Part shown: positions 11,911-24,880 of the stretch, piece by piece
How positions within the stretch are numbered: position 1 is the first letter of the stretch
Layout: every line of letters starts with the position of its first letter
DNA from: Camelus ferus
Lineage: Eukaryota
Direction of reading: 5' to 3'
Length of the DNA stretch: 64,000 bases
Assembly: GCF_009834535.1 (NCBI RefSeq)
Contig: NC_045696.1
Location: forward strand, 69,504,001 to 69,568,000
Program-made: the position numbers and the translations under genes
Notes under the pieces: model-generated
Told to the model about the DNA's origin: nothing
What the model saw: the letters and a program-made list of their open reading frames with translations, nothing else
Databases searched by the model: none

Positions 11911-13173
11911 ATGTATCTTTGGAGAACAGTACCAGGCTCTGGTCTGTTGTGTAGGTGTTTTGGATAGACTTGTTTAGGGGACTCACAGTCCGGGGTGGGA
12001 GAAAGACCAGACAGCAGATAATGCAGAGTGATTTATGTTCAGTGATGTGAATCAAGGTAACGCAAAGCAAGGACATAGAATTTGATGTGGAGGGTCTTCA
12101 AACTACAGAGATGCTTGAACCAAGACACAGAAAACAAGTACTTTCCAGGTTGACAGAAAGAGAAGGGCAACCTACGGAGGAGGAACCAAGAGTATAAAAA
12201 GATCCAAAGGAGGGATAGGGGAAGAGCAAGCGGTTCACTGTGGTCTGTCGTGTGGTCTCTTCCTGGAAAGAAACAAAACCTCTGTTGTTTGCAGAGAGCA
12301 AGGAAGCAGAAGGAGGCAGGAATTTCTCCATACTCCAGAAATCAATGGACAGGTCAATATATGACACAAATAGAGCAATCATCAGTCATCCACATGGTTA
12401 AGTACAGTTAGGAAGATACTTCTGTCAGAAAAAAAGGTGTAACTCTGCGTTTCAGCGCCAAGTATCATGAACAATTTCACTGTGAGCTGAATGACTGCTT
12501 TTCCTCCCCACTTCCCAGACTGCATCAACAAGACTACTCTTTGTAGTTGGCTGCACACCTCACCCTTCACCTGGTTGAGGTCAAGGTGGTGTGGTCACCT
12601 AGGATGACAGTCATGGGGATTTGTATGTAAATCCATGTGCCTACTGGTGAATGAAGACTCAGTGGCATAGTGGTAGGCCCTGTTTCACAAGGTCCCAGAA
12701 CACTTCCCATTAAGAACTTTGAGTCCATGGTGCTTCTCCCCGCCTGCTTGCTTGTGTTGAAAATGCCCAGGAGTGCCCAACTTGCCCACTGAGAGGCAGG
12801 CGAGCAGCCATTTTTTCCCAGCCTTCCTTATTTAGCTTTGGAGATGGTTTTAAATAGGCAGGTGGTTGTTGCCATGGTTACCCCATTACACCAGTGGCTA
12901 AATTTAGGAAGGGCCACAAGGGATAGGAAGAAAGCCTGATACCCGGGATTTGGAAATATAAACGATATTATCAAACAAGGCTTTGTTTTACTGGCTGAAC
13001 TTAGGTTTTCCAAAGAATAGTCACTGCTTGGCTGGATGCCCTTACCATTAAGGCCTGGGACTGGGCCCTTGGGGATAACCCTAAGGTTAAATCTAGGGAG
13101 TTGTAACTGTTTTGTTTTGTTTTGAACAAAGGAATGTGACTAATCAGAGCTAGAATTTCAGGACAAATGAATC

Positions 13174-16101
13174 TTTTTTTTTTTAACATTTTTTATTGAT
13201 TTATAATCATTTTACAATGTTGTGTCAAATTCCAGTGTTCAGCACAATTTTTCAGTTATTCATGGACATATACACACTCATTGTCACATTTTTTTCTCTG
13301 TGAGTTATCATAACATTTTGTGTATATTTCCCTGTGCTATACAGTGTAGTCTATTCTACAATTTTGAAATCCCAGTCTATCCCTTCCCACCCTCCACCCC
13401 CCTGGTAACCACAAGTCTGTATTCTCTGTCTGTGAGTCTATTTCTGTCCTTTATTTATGCTTTGTTTTTGTTTGTTTGTTTGTTTTTGTTTTTGTTTTGT
13501 AGATTCCACATATGAGCAATCTCATATGGTATTTTTCTTTCTCTTTCTGGCTTACTTCACTTAGAATGACATTCTCCAGGAGCATCCATGTTGCTGCAAA
13601 TGGCATTATGTTGTCAGTTTTTATGGCTGAGTAGTATTCCATTGTATAAATATACCACATCTTCTTTATCCAGTCACCTGTTGGTGGACATTTAGGCTGT
13701 TTCCATGTTTTGGCTATTGTAAATAGTGCTGCTATGAACATTGGGGTGCAGGTGTCATCCTGAAGTAGATTTCCTTCTGGATACAAGCCCAGGAGTGGGA
13801 TTCCTGGGTCATATGGTAAGTCTATTCCTAGTCTTTTGAGGAATCTCCACACTGTTTTCCATAGTGGCTGCACCAAACTGCATTCCCACCAGCAGTGTAG
13901 GAGGGTTCCCCTTTCTCCACAGCCTCTCCAGCATTTGTCATTTGTGGATTTTTGAATGACGGCCATTCTGACTGGTGTGAGGTGATACCTCATTGTAGTT
14001 TTGATTTGCATTTCTCTGATAATTAGTGATATTGAGCATTTTTTCATGTGCCTTTTGATCATTTGTATGTCTTCCTTGGAGAACTGCTTGTTTAGGTCTT
14101 CTGCCCATTTTTGGATTGGGTTGTTTATTTTTTTCTTATTGAGTCGTATGAGCTGCTTATATATTCTGGAGATCAAGCCTTTGTCGGTTTCACTTGCAAA
14201 AATTTTCTCCCATTCCGTAGGTTTTCTTCTTGTTTTATTTCTGGTTTCCTTTGCTGTGCAGAAGCTTGTAAGTTTCATTAGGTCCCATTTGTTTATTCTT
14301 GCTTTTATTTCTTCTAGGAGAAAATTTTTTAAATGTATGTCAGATAATGTTTTGCCTATGTTTTCCTCTAGGAGGTTTATTGTATCTTGTCTTATGTTTA
14401 AGTCTTTAATCCATTTTGAGTTGATTTTTGTATATGGTGTAAGGGAGTGTTCTAGCTTCATTGTTTTACATGCTGCTGTCCAGTTTTCCCAACACCATTT
14501 GCTGAAGAGACTGTCTTTATTCCAATGTATATTCTTGCCTCCTTTGTCAAAGATGAGTTGACCAAAAGTTTGTGGGTTCATTTCTGGGCTCTCTATTCTG
14601 TTCCATTGGTCTATATGTCTGTTTTGGTACCAATACCATGCTGTCTTGATGACTGTAGCTCTATAGTATTGTCTGAAGTCTGGGAGAGTTATTCCTCCAG
14701 CCTCTTTCTTTCTCTTCAGTAATGCTTTGGCAATTCTAGGTCTTTGATGGTTCCATATGAATTTTATTATGATTTTTTCTAGTTCTGTGAAATATGTCCT
14801 GGGTAATTGGATAGGGATTGCATTAAATCTGTAGATTGCCTTGGGCAGTGTGACCATTTTGACAATATTGATTCTTCCAATCCAAGAGCATGGAATATCT
14901 TTCCATTTTTTAAAGTCTTCTTTAATTTCCTTCATCAGTGGTTTATAGTTTTCTGTGTATAATTCTTTCACCTCCTTGGTTAGATTTATTCCCAGATATT
15001 TTATTACTTTGGGTGCTATTTTAAAGGGGATTGTTTCTTTACTTTCTTCTTCTGTTGATTTATCGTTAGTGTAAAGAAATGCAACTGATTTTTGAACGTT
15101 AATTTTGTAAACTGCTACCTTGCTGAATTCTTCGATCAGCTCTAGTAGCTTTTGTGTGGACCTTTTAGGGTTTTCTATATATAGTAACATGTCATCAGCA
15201 TATAATGACACTTTTACCTCTTCTTTTCCAATTTGGATCCCTTTTATTTCTTTCTCTTGCCTGACTGCTGTGGCTAGGACTTCCAGGACTATGTTGAATA
15301 GGAGTGGTGATAGTGGGCATCCTTGTCTTGTCCCAGATTTTAGTGGGAAGCTTTTGAGTTTTTCACCGTTGAGTACTATGCTGGCTGTAGGTTTGTCATA
15401 TATAGCTTTTATTATGTTGAGATATGTTCCCTCTATACCCACTCTGGCGAGAGTTTTTATCATAAATGGGTGTTGAATTTTATCAAATGCTTTTTCTGCA
15501 TCGATTGAGATGATCATGTGGTTTTTGTCCTTTCTCTTGTTGATGTGATGTATTACACTGATTGATTTGCGTATGTTGAACCAGCCTTGTGTCCCTGGGA
15601 TGAACCCCACTTGGTCATGATGTATAATCTTTTTTATGTGTTGTTGGATTCTATTTGCTAAAATTTTGGTGAGGATTTTGGCGTCTATGTTCATCAGTGA
15701 TATTGGCCTATAATTCTCTTTTTTTTGTAGTGTCTTTGCCTGGTTTTGGTATCAGGGTGATGGTGGCTTCATAGAATGAGTTTGGGAGTATTCCTTCCTT
15801 TTCAATCGTCTGGAAGAGTTTGAGAAGGACTGGTATGAGTTCTTCTTTGTATGTTTGGTAGAATTCCCCGGTGAAGCCGTCCGGTCCTGGACTTTTATTT
15901 GTAGGGAGGTTTTTAATTGCTACTTCTATTTCCTTTCTAGTGATCGGATTGTTCAAGTGTTCAGATTCTTCTTGATTCAGTTTTGGTGGACAGTATGTTT
16001 CCAGAAACTTGTCCATCTCCTCTAGGTTATCCAGTTTGGTTCCATATAGTTTTTCATAATATTCTCGTATGATATTCTGTATTTCTATTTTGTTTGTTGT
16101 A
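13174..16101 (-). mobile_element. Young 5'-truncated LINE-1 (3' part of ORF2, 3' UTR and poly-A), antisense to DGKG
   Basis: ORFs 15708..16016 and 13451..15694 translate as L1 ORF2p (RT motif [17 protein letters not shown]-terminal CWRGC...HCWWEC knuckle). Poly-T at 13174-13184. TSD aggacaaatgaatctttt at 13160-13177 and 16102-16119. Confidence 0.98.
13451..16100 (-). pseudogene. L1 ORF2 remnant (reverse transcriptase and Cys-rich domain; endonuclease domain missing; one frameshift)
   Basis: L1 ORF2 homology runs from [19 protein letters not shown] (about 16100) to the C-terminus, broken only by a +1 in the T8 run at 15719-15726. Confidence 0.9.
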
Positions 16102-17519
16102 AGGACAAATGAATCTTTTGCATTGCTCTTTTGGTTTTATGGACAGTATTAACAAGAATTCTTAATCTGAGGTACAAGGGTTGCAGGAGCTCCAAGGACA
16201 CCTTGAAATTGTATATAGGATATTGAATACACTTTTCTGGAGAGACTGTCCATAACTATGTTCTCAAAGGGACTCAAAGGGACTCAAAACCCTCAAATGG
16301 TTAAAAGTCACAGTTCTGAACCCTCTTTTGAGTCCTAAGAGGCAACAAATTATGACTCAACTGTTGGGGTTTCAGGAAATTCTTCCCCTGGTGGCCTCTC
16401 CACACAGGTTGTTGCCAGGGAAGGTGGTTGCTTGCACAAAACTAAGTTATGTTCCCTAGTGGAATAGCTTTGTTAATGGAGCAGGAACCAGGCCCAAGGA
16501 TGCTGGAGGATGAGCCAAGAGTGATGGACAAGGATTAAAAGGCCTTTAATGGTAGGGATGGGGCTATTTTTGGTACATTCTACTTCCTAATCATTAACAG
16601 GCTAATCATTGATTGCTAATTTAGGAATGCTATGAAATTTATCATCTCATTGTTGGCATAAACAACAAAAGAGAAATTTAATTCACTTGAGATTATCTAA
16701 TGTGTTAGAAGGTGTTCTAGGATACAAGGGTAAATAAGACATGGTTGCTGCCTTCGAAGAATTCATAGTCTAGCAAAGAAGGAAAAATAATCCTAAAATA
16801 TTTTTTACGAAAGGATTTTCACATGCAAGGCGGTTACATTTTGTAGGTCACATAGCACACAGGAAGCTGTATAGTATAAGGCATTGACTAAGGCTGTATC
16901 CCAACATCACTTGTAAATGAATCATGTGGAGTGAAGAAATAGTGTTATAATTATGAGACCCAAACTAAGAACTGTTATTTCTTCAGTGCCTGTGAAATGC
17001 CAGGTGATAAACTAGATTCTTTAAATACATTAGAATATTTGAATCCCAAAATCACCCTACAAGGTAAATATTAATATTCCCATTTTACAGTTAAAGGAAC
17101 AGAGGCTGGGAGAAGCTAAGTCACACAATTATCGTCATACATCTTTTTAAGCAGTGGATTAAGCCGACATGATTTAAGATAGCTCCTAACTCCAGAGTTC
17201 AAACTAGTTTTCTGCACCTGCTGTCTTCCATGGATTCCGTTTAGCAAACACCAACTGCGTATCAAACATTCTGATGGCACTTTATACGTGGTCCCATCCA
17301 ATGCTAGCATTAATCTGTAAGGGTAAGTGCTACTGTTCCCATTTTAGAGGTGGAGAAATTGAGGCTAAGGAGGGTGGAGCTATTATCGGCTTGATCCACA
17401 TTTATGGGTCATATCTATGGGAAGATGCCTGCTGAGTTCCAAAGGGGGACTACGGGGGTACCACCAGTCTTACTACCTGTGTGGTATGACTCATCTCCCT
17501 ATCTGTGTCCACACCAAGG

Positions 17520-17670
17520 AGCTGGACTGACTACATGATTTGCATGGCTCAGTGCAAAGTGAAAATGTGGGACCCCTTGTTCAAAAGCCATTAAGAGTTT
17601 TAAGTCAGGGCCCTTCTCAGGGTGGGGCCCCATGTGACTCTACAGATCTCACACTCACGAGCTGGCCCTG
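17520..17670 (-). mobile_element. MER45A-like hAT-Tip100 element
   Basis: gtgcaaagtgaaaatgtgggaccccttgttcaaaa...gggcccttctcag...ctggccctg shows reverse-complement similarity to 42545-42695. Confidence 0.7.
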
Positions 17671-18344
17671 ACAAGGAGAGAGGAGTTAATAAAAAAAGAA
17701 GACACATTTGCCAGGCCTCACAGAGTGGGGAGTTTTCAATAAAGGTAAAAGAATGGAGGAAAGAGGGTTCCAATTAGGGGGAAAGGGAGAGGGATTATCA
17801 GTCCCTGAAATAGGCAGTAGTCAGTGTCTACGGATGAGCTGAAAAGGCTAGCAAAGTCTTCCAGCTATCCAAGAGTGAAGTTTCTGGATTAACTCTCTGT
17901 GAAGGGTTTTGTATGTATGGAACATTTACATAAAAGCTCCCTACTTCCAATGTCACTGTTAATGAGTGTCCAGAAAGTGAAGTCTAACTATGATATTTTT
18001 GCACTGTTGGTCAGAAACTCCGAGCACTTGAGGAATGTGTTATTCTAAACCTGTTGAGTGCCATCCACTTGAATATGTCCCTCAGCAGTTCAGGCTGAAG
18101 CAAGATATTTCCTGTTAGGTCCTTGAAAGGGACCGAAACAGTGCTTTATTTCTACCAGAAGCTGACCACCTTTCCCAATAGCCCTTGGGCAATTAACAGC
18201 CTCTGGAGTGTTCACTTTCTCGGAGCCAGGCCTGTGGAGTAGTTGGTGAGGGGTTCCCCACAAGCCCTAGTGAAGCCTGAGTTCTTAAGAGGTTGGAAAT
18301 ACATCTCACATATAACTAAGCACTTAATAGGTATTTATAGAATG

Positions 18345-18530
18345 AGACAGCAGGGTATAGTCTAAGTTGGCATCAAAACTTGGCTCTGCCACTTACTAGC
18401 TGTGTGACCTTGGGCAAGTGACTTAATCTTTTTAATCCTTTGCTTCCTCCCTTGAAAATCTTGCAAGGTTGCTGTATTTTATGAGATAGTGTGTAAGTGC
18501 ACAGCACCTAGTAGGTTCTCAGGAAGTGTT
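18345..18530 (+). mobile_element. MIR SINE
   Basis: MIR core: ggctctgccacttactagctgtgtgaccttgggcaagtgacttaatc. Confidence 0.8.
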
Positions 18531-21047
18531 TGTTTTTGAGTATTGTTGAATGACAAGCATGAGGAAAGCATTGCCTTAAATTGGCAATAAAGCATTGACA
18601 ATAAAAGGCTTTTCTGATGGGGTGGCAAATGGGATTCAGTTATAGAGTCTTTGCTTCATTAACATGGCCCTTGAACTGAAAAGTTGGAGGAGGCTCCAGC
18701 TATGATACATTGAATATGTCCAAATCCTCCTCTTAATGGGTGGAGGGATGGCAGTAATTAGCTAGGATTGGGTTGGATTCTACAGGACTAGGGCTTTAGA
18801 GAAAATTCCCTTCATTGGCTCCATGGATGTCCAGGAGGCAGAAGTCTGGGATCTGAAGACCGATTCTATGTCCACATGCCAAGTTCAGGCTAGAGGCAGG
18901 TTCGAGGTAAGGGACACAGAGCCCCACTGACATGGGGACAGGAGGAACAGGGTGAGAGTGAGTAAAGGACAGTTGCAGGACTGGTGTCATGTGCCGCATG
19001 GATCCTTTGGGCTACCAGCTGGGGCCATGGAGTGCACAGTTGGTGGGTAGGTGGGTGGCCCAAGGCAGTGTGACACTGGAGATGCGATTCCCCTTCCTTC
19101 ATTGATGCTCATTCTCCCCTCACCCACCGAGCACCTCGTCTCCCACTTTAGATGAACACAGCGATGTTCTATGGGAGGCAAAAATAGAAGCCAGCAAAGC
19201 TCAAGTCGTACAATCTGGGAAGCGAAAAGGCCTTCTTTCTTGAATACCTGTAGCCTGCTCTGCAGTCACAAGCATAAACTCGATCACCGTTTACTTCAGA
19301 TTTTCTTTTTTTAATCTAAAAATGAAACTATTCTAAGCTGTTCTTTCCTGGAGCCCTGTGAGGGAGCTCGATGTTACAGCCCAGACATTTGACTTTCCCA
19401 AAGCATAAATGTACAACAGCAGCAGACAGGGCTAAAATCCTCACCGTTGGAGTCTTCCTTCTGTGCCTGAATTATCTAATACTCGGCACCTCGAGAAAGA
19501 CCTGCCCTAGGTACCCCGAGGTCCAAACTGTTTCCCTCAGTAAAACAAACTATTTTTTTCCAAACATTTAGGATTCAGAAAAGCTCCAAATGAAGTTGAT
19601 TATGGGATTTTCTATTTTTATTCTTACTCCTGGAGGTATTTATAAAGGAAATGCAAACCTTATGTTTTGTGTTCAAGTACCTTAAAGTCTACAAGTCAGG
19701 TCTAACAGAGCAACTTACTTAATTAGTTGAATGTTTATACACTAGCCCACAAAACTGTTTCATCCCCCACTGTCCCCACCCCTCCTCTAGAGAGATGCGG
19801 TGAGTGAAATGAATGAAATATGGGGTCATGTTTTTTCACCAGGCATTCGTCATTATGCAACTGCTGAAGACCAGGTTTTTTTGGCTGTCTTATTTGTTTA
19901 CAGTCAGCCCTTGATTATTTGCAGAAACGAGGGAACAGCAACGTGGACCATTTAAAGTTGTAGATGGTTGAAGATTTTAGGAGGTTGTTATTAATATCTG
20001 TGTGCAGGTCTCTGCTCTAAAGAGTCACAATATTTTATATAATGGGATGAAATGACATTGACTCTTAATGTTGCCTTCGTGTTCCTCCTGGCTCCCAAGT
20101 CTGTGTGGGACTGGACAAGCACAATTTCTCGGACTGGTACAGTGAGAAGCCTCTGATAGCTCAAGGCTCCTTACAAATATGCTTGTTTGCCGGAACAGTT
20201 CCTTACTGTAGATTAACAGGCCTTTTCTTCTAGCCCCAGCCAGGCTAGAACAAGAAAGGTATGAGTCATGTCAACAAAGAGTGGAATCAGTTTGTGATAA
20301 TATCTGAAGGAACTTGAAAGCCAGCTATGTTTTCAAGTCTTTGGGCCAGATAGTCCAAAAGTTATCAGTGTTTATTTATTGATTGCTCTCTAGAAATATT
20401 TCCATCAAAGAGCTCAAGATACAGTATATAATCGAGTTCAGAAGGGTTAAGGTCAGCATGATAACCTCCTGGAAGAAAATCAAATTACACAAATTCAGAG
20501 GAAGGTAGCAACTGGCTGGGTCCTCAAATGGGTGTTGACAGTCTGGCTGTTTTCCAGAAGGGAGAGGTTGGGAAAGGGCTGGAATTTGAAACCATGTCTC
20601 ATAAGGAAGGGCTGAATTGGGGATTGTTTCACCCAAAGAAGAGAAGACTTAGGGAGAAGTGATTATTAGCCTCAAATATTTAAAAAGTATTTCTCATAAA
20701 AGAGGAATTAGGTTAGTTTGAATGATGAATCAATGGGAAGGGTGACTGGATGGACCAGTTTGAGCCCCCTGTAGAGGACATCATTTCCACCATTTAGGGC
20801 CATCCTCAAGTGCAGGGGGCCAATGGACAGGGGAGCAGGGTGGTGAGTTTTCAGTTTTATGCCCAAGCAAGGGCTGGACAATCATTCTGGGGCTCAGTGG
20901 AGCCAAGTGCCCAAGAGTGCAGGTTCTGTCATCAGACAACCTGGATTCAAATGCTGGAGTTGTCACTGACCACCACCTACATGTGACCTTGACCAAGCTA
21001 CTCTTCTAAACCTCAGTCTGCTCACCTGTAAGATGGGAATATAATAC

Positions 21048-21563
21048 TGTATTAGTTTCCTATGGCTGCTCTAACAAATTACCACAAACTTAGTGGTTTA
21101 AAACAACACAGATTTATTATATCATGGTTTTAGAGGGCAGAAGTCTGAACTAGGTCTCGCTGGACTAAACTCAGGCTATCATCAGGGTTGCATTCCTTTC
21201 CAGAGCCTCTAGGGGAGAATCTACTTCCTTGTCTTTTCCTGCATTTAAAGGCTGCCCACATTCCTTGGCTTGTGGCCACTTTCTGTCTTTAAAGTCGGCA
21301 ATGGCCAGTCAACCCTTCATCGCGTTGTATCTCTCTGACAGGCTCTCTTCTGTCTCCTTCTTCTACTTAAAAGGACCCTTGAATGACACTGGATTCACTC
21401 AGATAATCTAGGATAATCTCTCCATCTCAAGGTCAGCAGAGTGCCAGTTCAGATTCCATCCTGCACCCTCAGGTGCCCTTTGCCATGTAACCTAACATAT
21501 CCGTATTCATAAGTTCCAGGAATAAGAAGATGGACCTCTTCAAGACACTGTTCCCCCTGTCAC
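21048..21563 (-). mobile_element. MLT1 solo LTR inserted into a MIR
   Basis: Starts tgtattagtttcctatggctgctctaacaaattaccacaaacttagtgg and ends ...tcaca. MIR sequence lies at about 20895-21047 and resumes at about 21564-21650. Confidence 0.8.
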
Positions 21564-22070
21564 AAGTGCCTTATCTCATAGAATTATTTTGAAGATCTAA
21601 AAAAAAGTGCATTTAAATACTTATTACAAAGGTGTGGCACATTACTGATAGCTACTATTATTAATATTATTAATATTCTTATTATTACAAAGACAGAATC
21701 CACATCAGATAATAGTCATGTTAGATGACTCTGAAAAGCCATTAAAATTCGAAGGTTTGGAGATTCTCTAAGAGAGACAGATAATTACTATTGGTCATAG
21801 GGTATGAGTCTCAATGTAGCAATATAAAGCATGTTGTTTTTCTTCATTTATCTTGACAAAGTTTTTTCAATAAAATAATAATAGTATTATATAACTTAAT
21901 GCATCATATAGTATGACAGCATAGTGTATTTCAAAATCATTATTAATAATTTGTAAAGTTCAGAAGAGTCAAAATAAGAAAAAACCAGTCACTCATACTC
22001 CCATCACTCAAAAACATAATATTGCCATTTTGGTGCATTCTAGCAGTTTACTTAATATACATATTTTTAA

Positions 22071-22220
22071 TTTTTTTTATTTTATTTTAATTTAATTTTT
22101 TTTGGTAGGGGGAGGTAATTAGGCTTATTTGTTTATTTTTAGAGGAGGTACTGGGGATTGAACCCAGAACCTCATGCATGCTAAGCGTGCACTCTACTGC
22201 TTGAGCTATACCCTTCCCCC
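22071..22220 (-). mobile_element. tRNA-Ala-derived SINE (camelid Vic-1 type)
   Basis: The reverse strand reads GGGTATAGCTCAAGCAGTAGAGTGCACGCTTAGCATGCATGAGGTTCTGGGTTCAATCCCCAGTACCTCC (tRNA-Ala-AGC-like, with A and B boxes) followed by an A-rich tail. Perfect 16 bp TSD atatacatatttttaa at 22055-22070 and 22221-22236. Confidence 0.9.
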
Positions 22221-24408
22221 ATATACATATTTTTAAATAATTATGCTAATATGTCTTTATAAAATTGTATGTACTATTTTTGAGCAAGTTTTCTTTATAC
22301 AAGTAAAGGTTTATTGTAGACAAATAAATCATATTGTCCCTCCCCCATCATGAGCACTATTAACATTTTCCTTCAGCGCTTCACTGCGCAGTTTTATTTA
22401 CTTAAGATCACATTGTTTAAAACATTTTAAACATTGTTAGCCCAGTAGCACTTATAGGTTATGAAAGAAAAATGATATAAAGGAGCTGATTGGAGTGAGT
22501 TTACATGCAGTGGGAGTCTTACTAGTCTTTTCCAGTGTAAAAAATTCCAATGATTTTGTTCAGTTAATATGAGAATTTTAAAGGTATCATTACTCAAGTC
22601 CCTTTGCAAATGAAATAACTACTTGATGTGTCATGTAGTTCTACTTTTGTGGAGAGTAAATATAAAAATACGATTCTCTTAGCACAGTTCCTGGTCCTGT
22701 ATATAGCTTTGCTGTATCTGAAAAAGATCAGTTTGTGTTTTATATGACCACCAGAGGCAAGAATTGCCACCTGAATTCTTCAGCGGTATAGTTTTTTAAG
22801 CATGTATGCCTATCAGAGTGTATTAAAGTGCTTAGAAAGGTGGTATTCCCAATGTAATCAGCATGGCTCCAAACCATACTAAAAATAGGAGCTGTCATTT
22901 ATTGAAGGCTTTCAAGAAGTTCACAGACATCATTTTTAACTGGCACAGCTCCCCAGGTAGAAGATAAATAAATAGTATTGATTCATTTTACAGATGAGAA
23001 CATTGAGACTCAGAGAGTTTATGCAACTTGCTCAAGAACATACAACTAGTTAACAGGGGAGGGGCTATTCATACCCAGTCTGTCTCACTCCATATCCTAC
23101 ACTCATCCCACCACTACATTTCCCTGCCTCTCTGAGTGCTCAGTTTGGTGCCCCATGTCCAAAGAAGTACTCAGGAAAGAGACAAGAGAAGAGTCACAGA
23201 GACAGTTAACAGGACCTATGAGAAAACTTTTTTTTAAATAATTTTTCCTGGAGCAGAGAAGCGGAGAATGTGCTGGGAATGGACCTCGAGTGTGTGAAGG
23301 ATTCACAACAGGAAATAGTGGCCGTTCCTCTTTACTCTTCACCTCGGCTAAGGAAAGAATGAGAAGGGGGAAATGTGCTTCTAAAATGAGGAATTGCCGT
23401 TTGGAATGGGAGGAAGAATCTCCTGGCTTGGAGACATATTAAAGGCTCAAATGAGTTATTGAGAGAAGTATTGTGGAATGTCTTGCAAAGTTTTCTAAAA
23501 ACAGAAGGCAGCCTCATTTGTCTGGGCTGACAAACGCATCCTCTTCTCTGAGCCCAGGAGTGAGCTCGTTGTCGAACCAAATGGGAGCCCCTGCGTCCCA
23601 CCTCATTACTGACTGGGGGGTGGGGGAGTGGCCTAGAGACCTGCTACCCCCTTGTTCCTCAGTTCCCAGTTGGGCCCCGAGATGACCCCTCCTCAGATGT
23701 CCTCAGCAGCCCCCAGCCCATCCCGAAGCTCTTTCTCTCAGACCCGCCCTAGCTGGAGCTGCTCATGGTTTTTGTCCCCTTTCTGCCCCACAAGAAGCTA
23801 CTGCCACAACCCACATCCCATTTTACAGAATTTAAACTCACCTGCTCTGCGTTCAGGGCCCTTTATACAATTCTGCTCCCCAAACGCCAGTCCAGTCTGA
23901 CTGTTTGCTTCCTTACTCTCACCTTCCCCACTCGTGCCCTTAACTCCTCAGTCTAGTGTGACATCTCCTGCGATCCAGTCATCACCTATTACTTGTTTCA
24001 AAATGCACTCTAAAATATTCTGAATATTCTCTCCCTGCCCAGCCCTAGCCCTGGCCTCCACTTTTTCTTAGAATCCACCTACCAGGCTTTTGACACATTT
24101 TTTTCCCCACTTTGATTTTTCCTTTTTGTCTTCTATGCGGCATCATTTCAGTGCCAAACTCTTCTCTCTCTACCTCATACATAAGCTTGCTCACTCAGAG
24201 AAGGGTCTGGACCCTTCTGGGGCTCCACTGACTTAAGACCAGAAGGGCAGTGCTGAGCACATGCCCTCATTGGGCCAAAACGTGTTGAGCATCTCTTCTG
24301 TGAGTGTGGTGCTGGGGCCAAGAGGAAATAGGGGTCACTGGAGTCCCTACTTGTAGGAGTCTGAGGGTCTGGGAAGGGGGGGGGGTGCCTACAGAAGTTA
24401 CTATCAAC

Positions 24409-24880
24409 TGTATTCATCTTCTAAGGCTGCCAGGGCAAATTGCCACAAACTGGGTAGCTTGAAACAACAGGAATTTCTCCTTCACGGTTCTGGAGGCTAG
24501 ACGTCTGAAATCAACATGTCGGCAGGGTTGGTTCCTTCCCAGGCTCTGAGGGAGAATCTGTTCCGTGCCTCTCTGCTTGCTTCTGGTGGGTGCCAGCATT
24601 TCTTGGCATTCCTTGACGAGTAGCTGCATCACTGCAGTCTCTGCTCTGTCTTCACGTGGTGTTCTCGCTCCGTGTTTCTGGGTCTCTCGGTCCAAATTTC
24701 CCTCTTCTTATAAGGACACCGGTCATTGGATTTGCCCTCCCCACCCCACCCAGTATGGCCTCATCTTAACTGGATTACATCAGCAAAGGTAGTATTTCCA
24801 AGTAAGGTCACATTCTGAGACCCTGGGAGTTAGGACTTCAACAGATCTTCTTGGGGAGCCCAGTGTAACTCCCAATACCC
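24409..24880 (-). mobile_element. MLT1 solo LTR
   Basis: tgtatt...ggctgcc...ccacaaactgggtagcttgaaacaacag...ataaggacacc...gttaggacttcaaca is typical of MLT1A-C. Confidence 0.8.

Noticed and set aside
14001..15476. Hydrophobic + strand ORFs (186, 65 and 118 aa) that look like membrane proteins
   Set aside because: These are the usual antisense shadows of the A-rich L1 ORF2.
22145..22220. Functional tRNA-Ala gene
   Set aside because: Stem mismatches, a SINE-type tail, a TSD and a second dispersed copy show it is a SINE.
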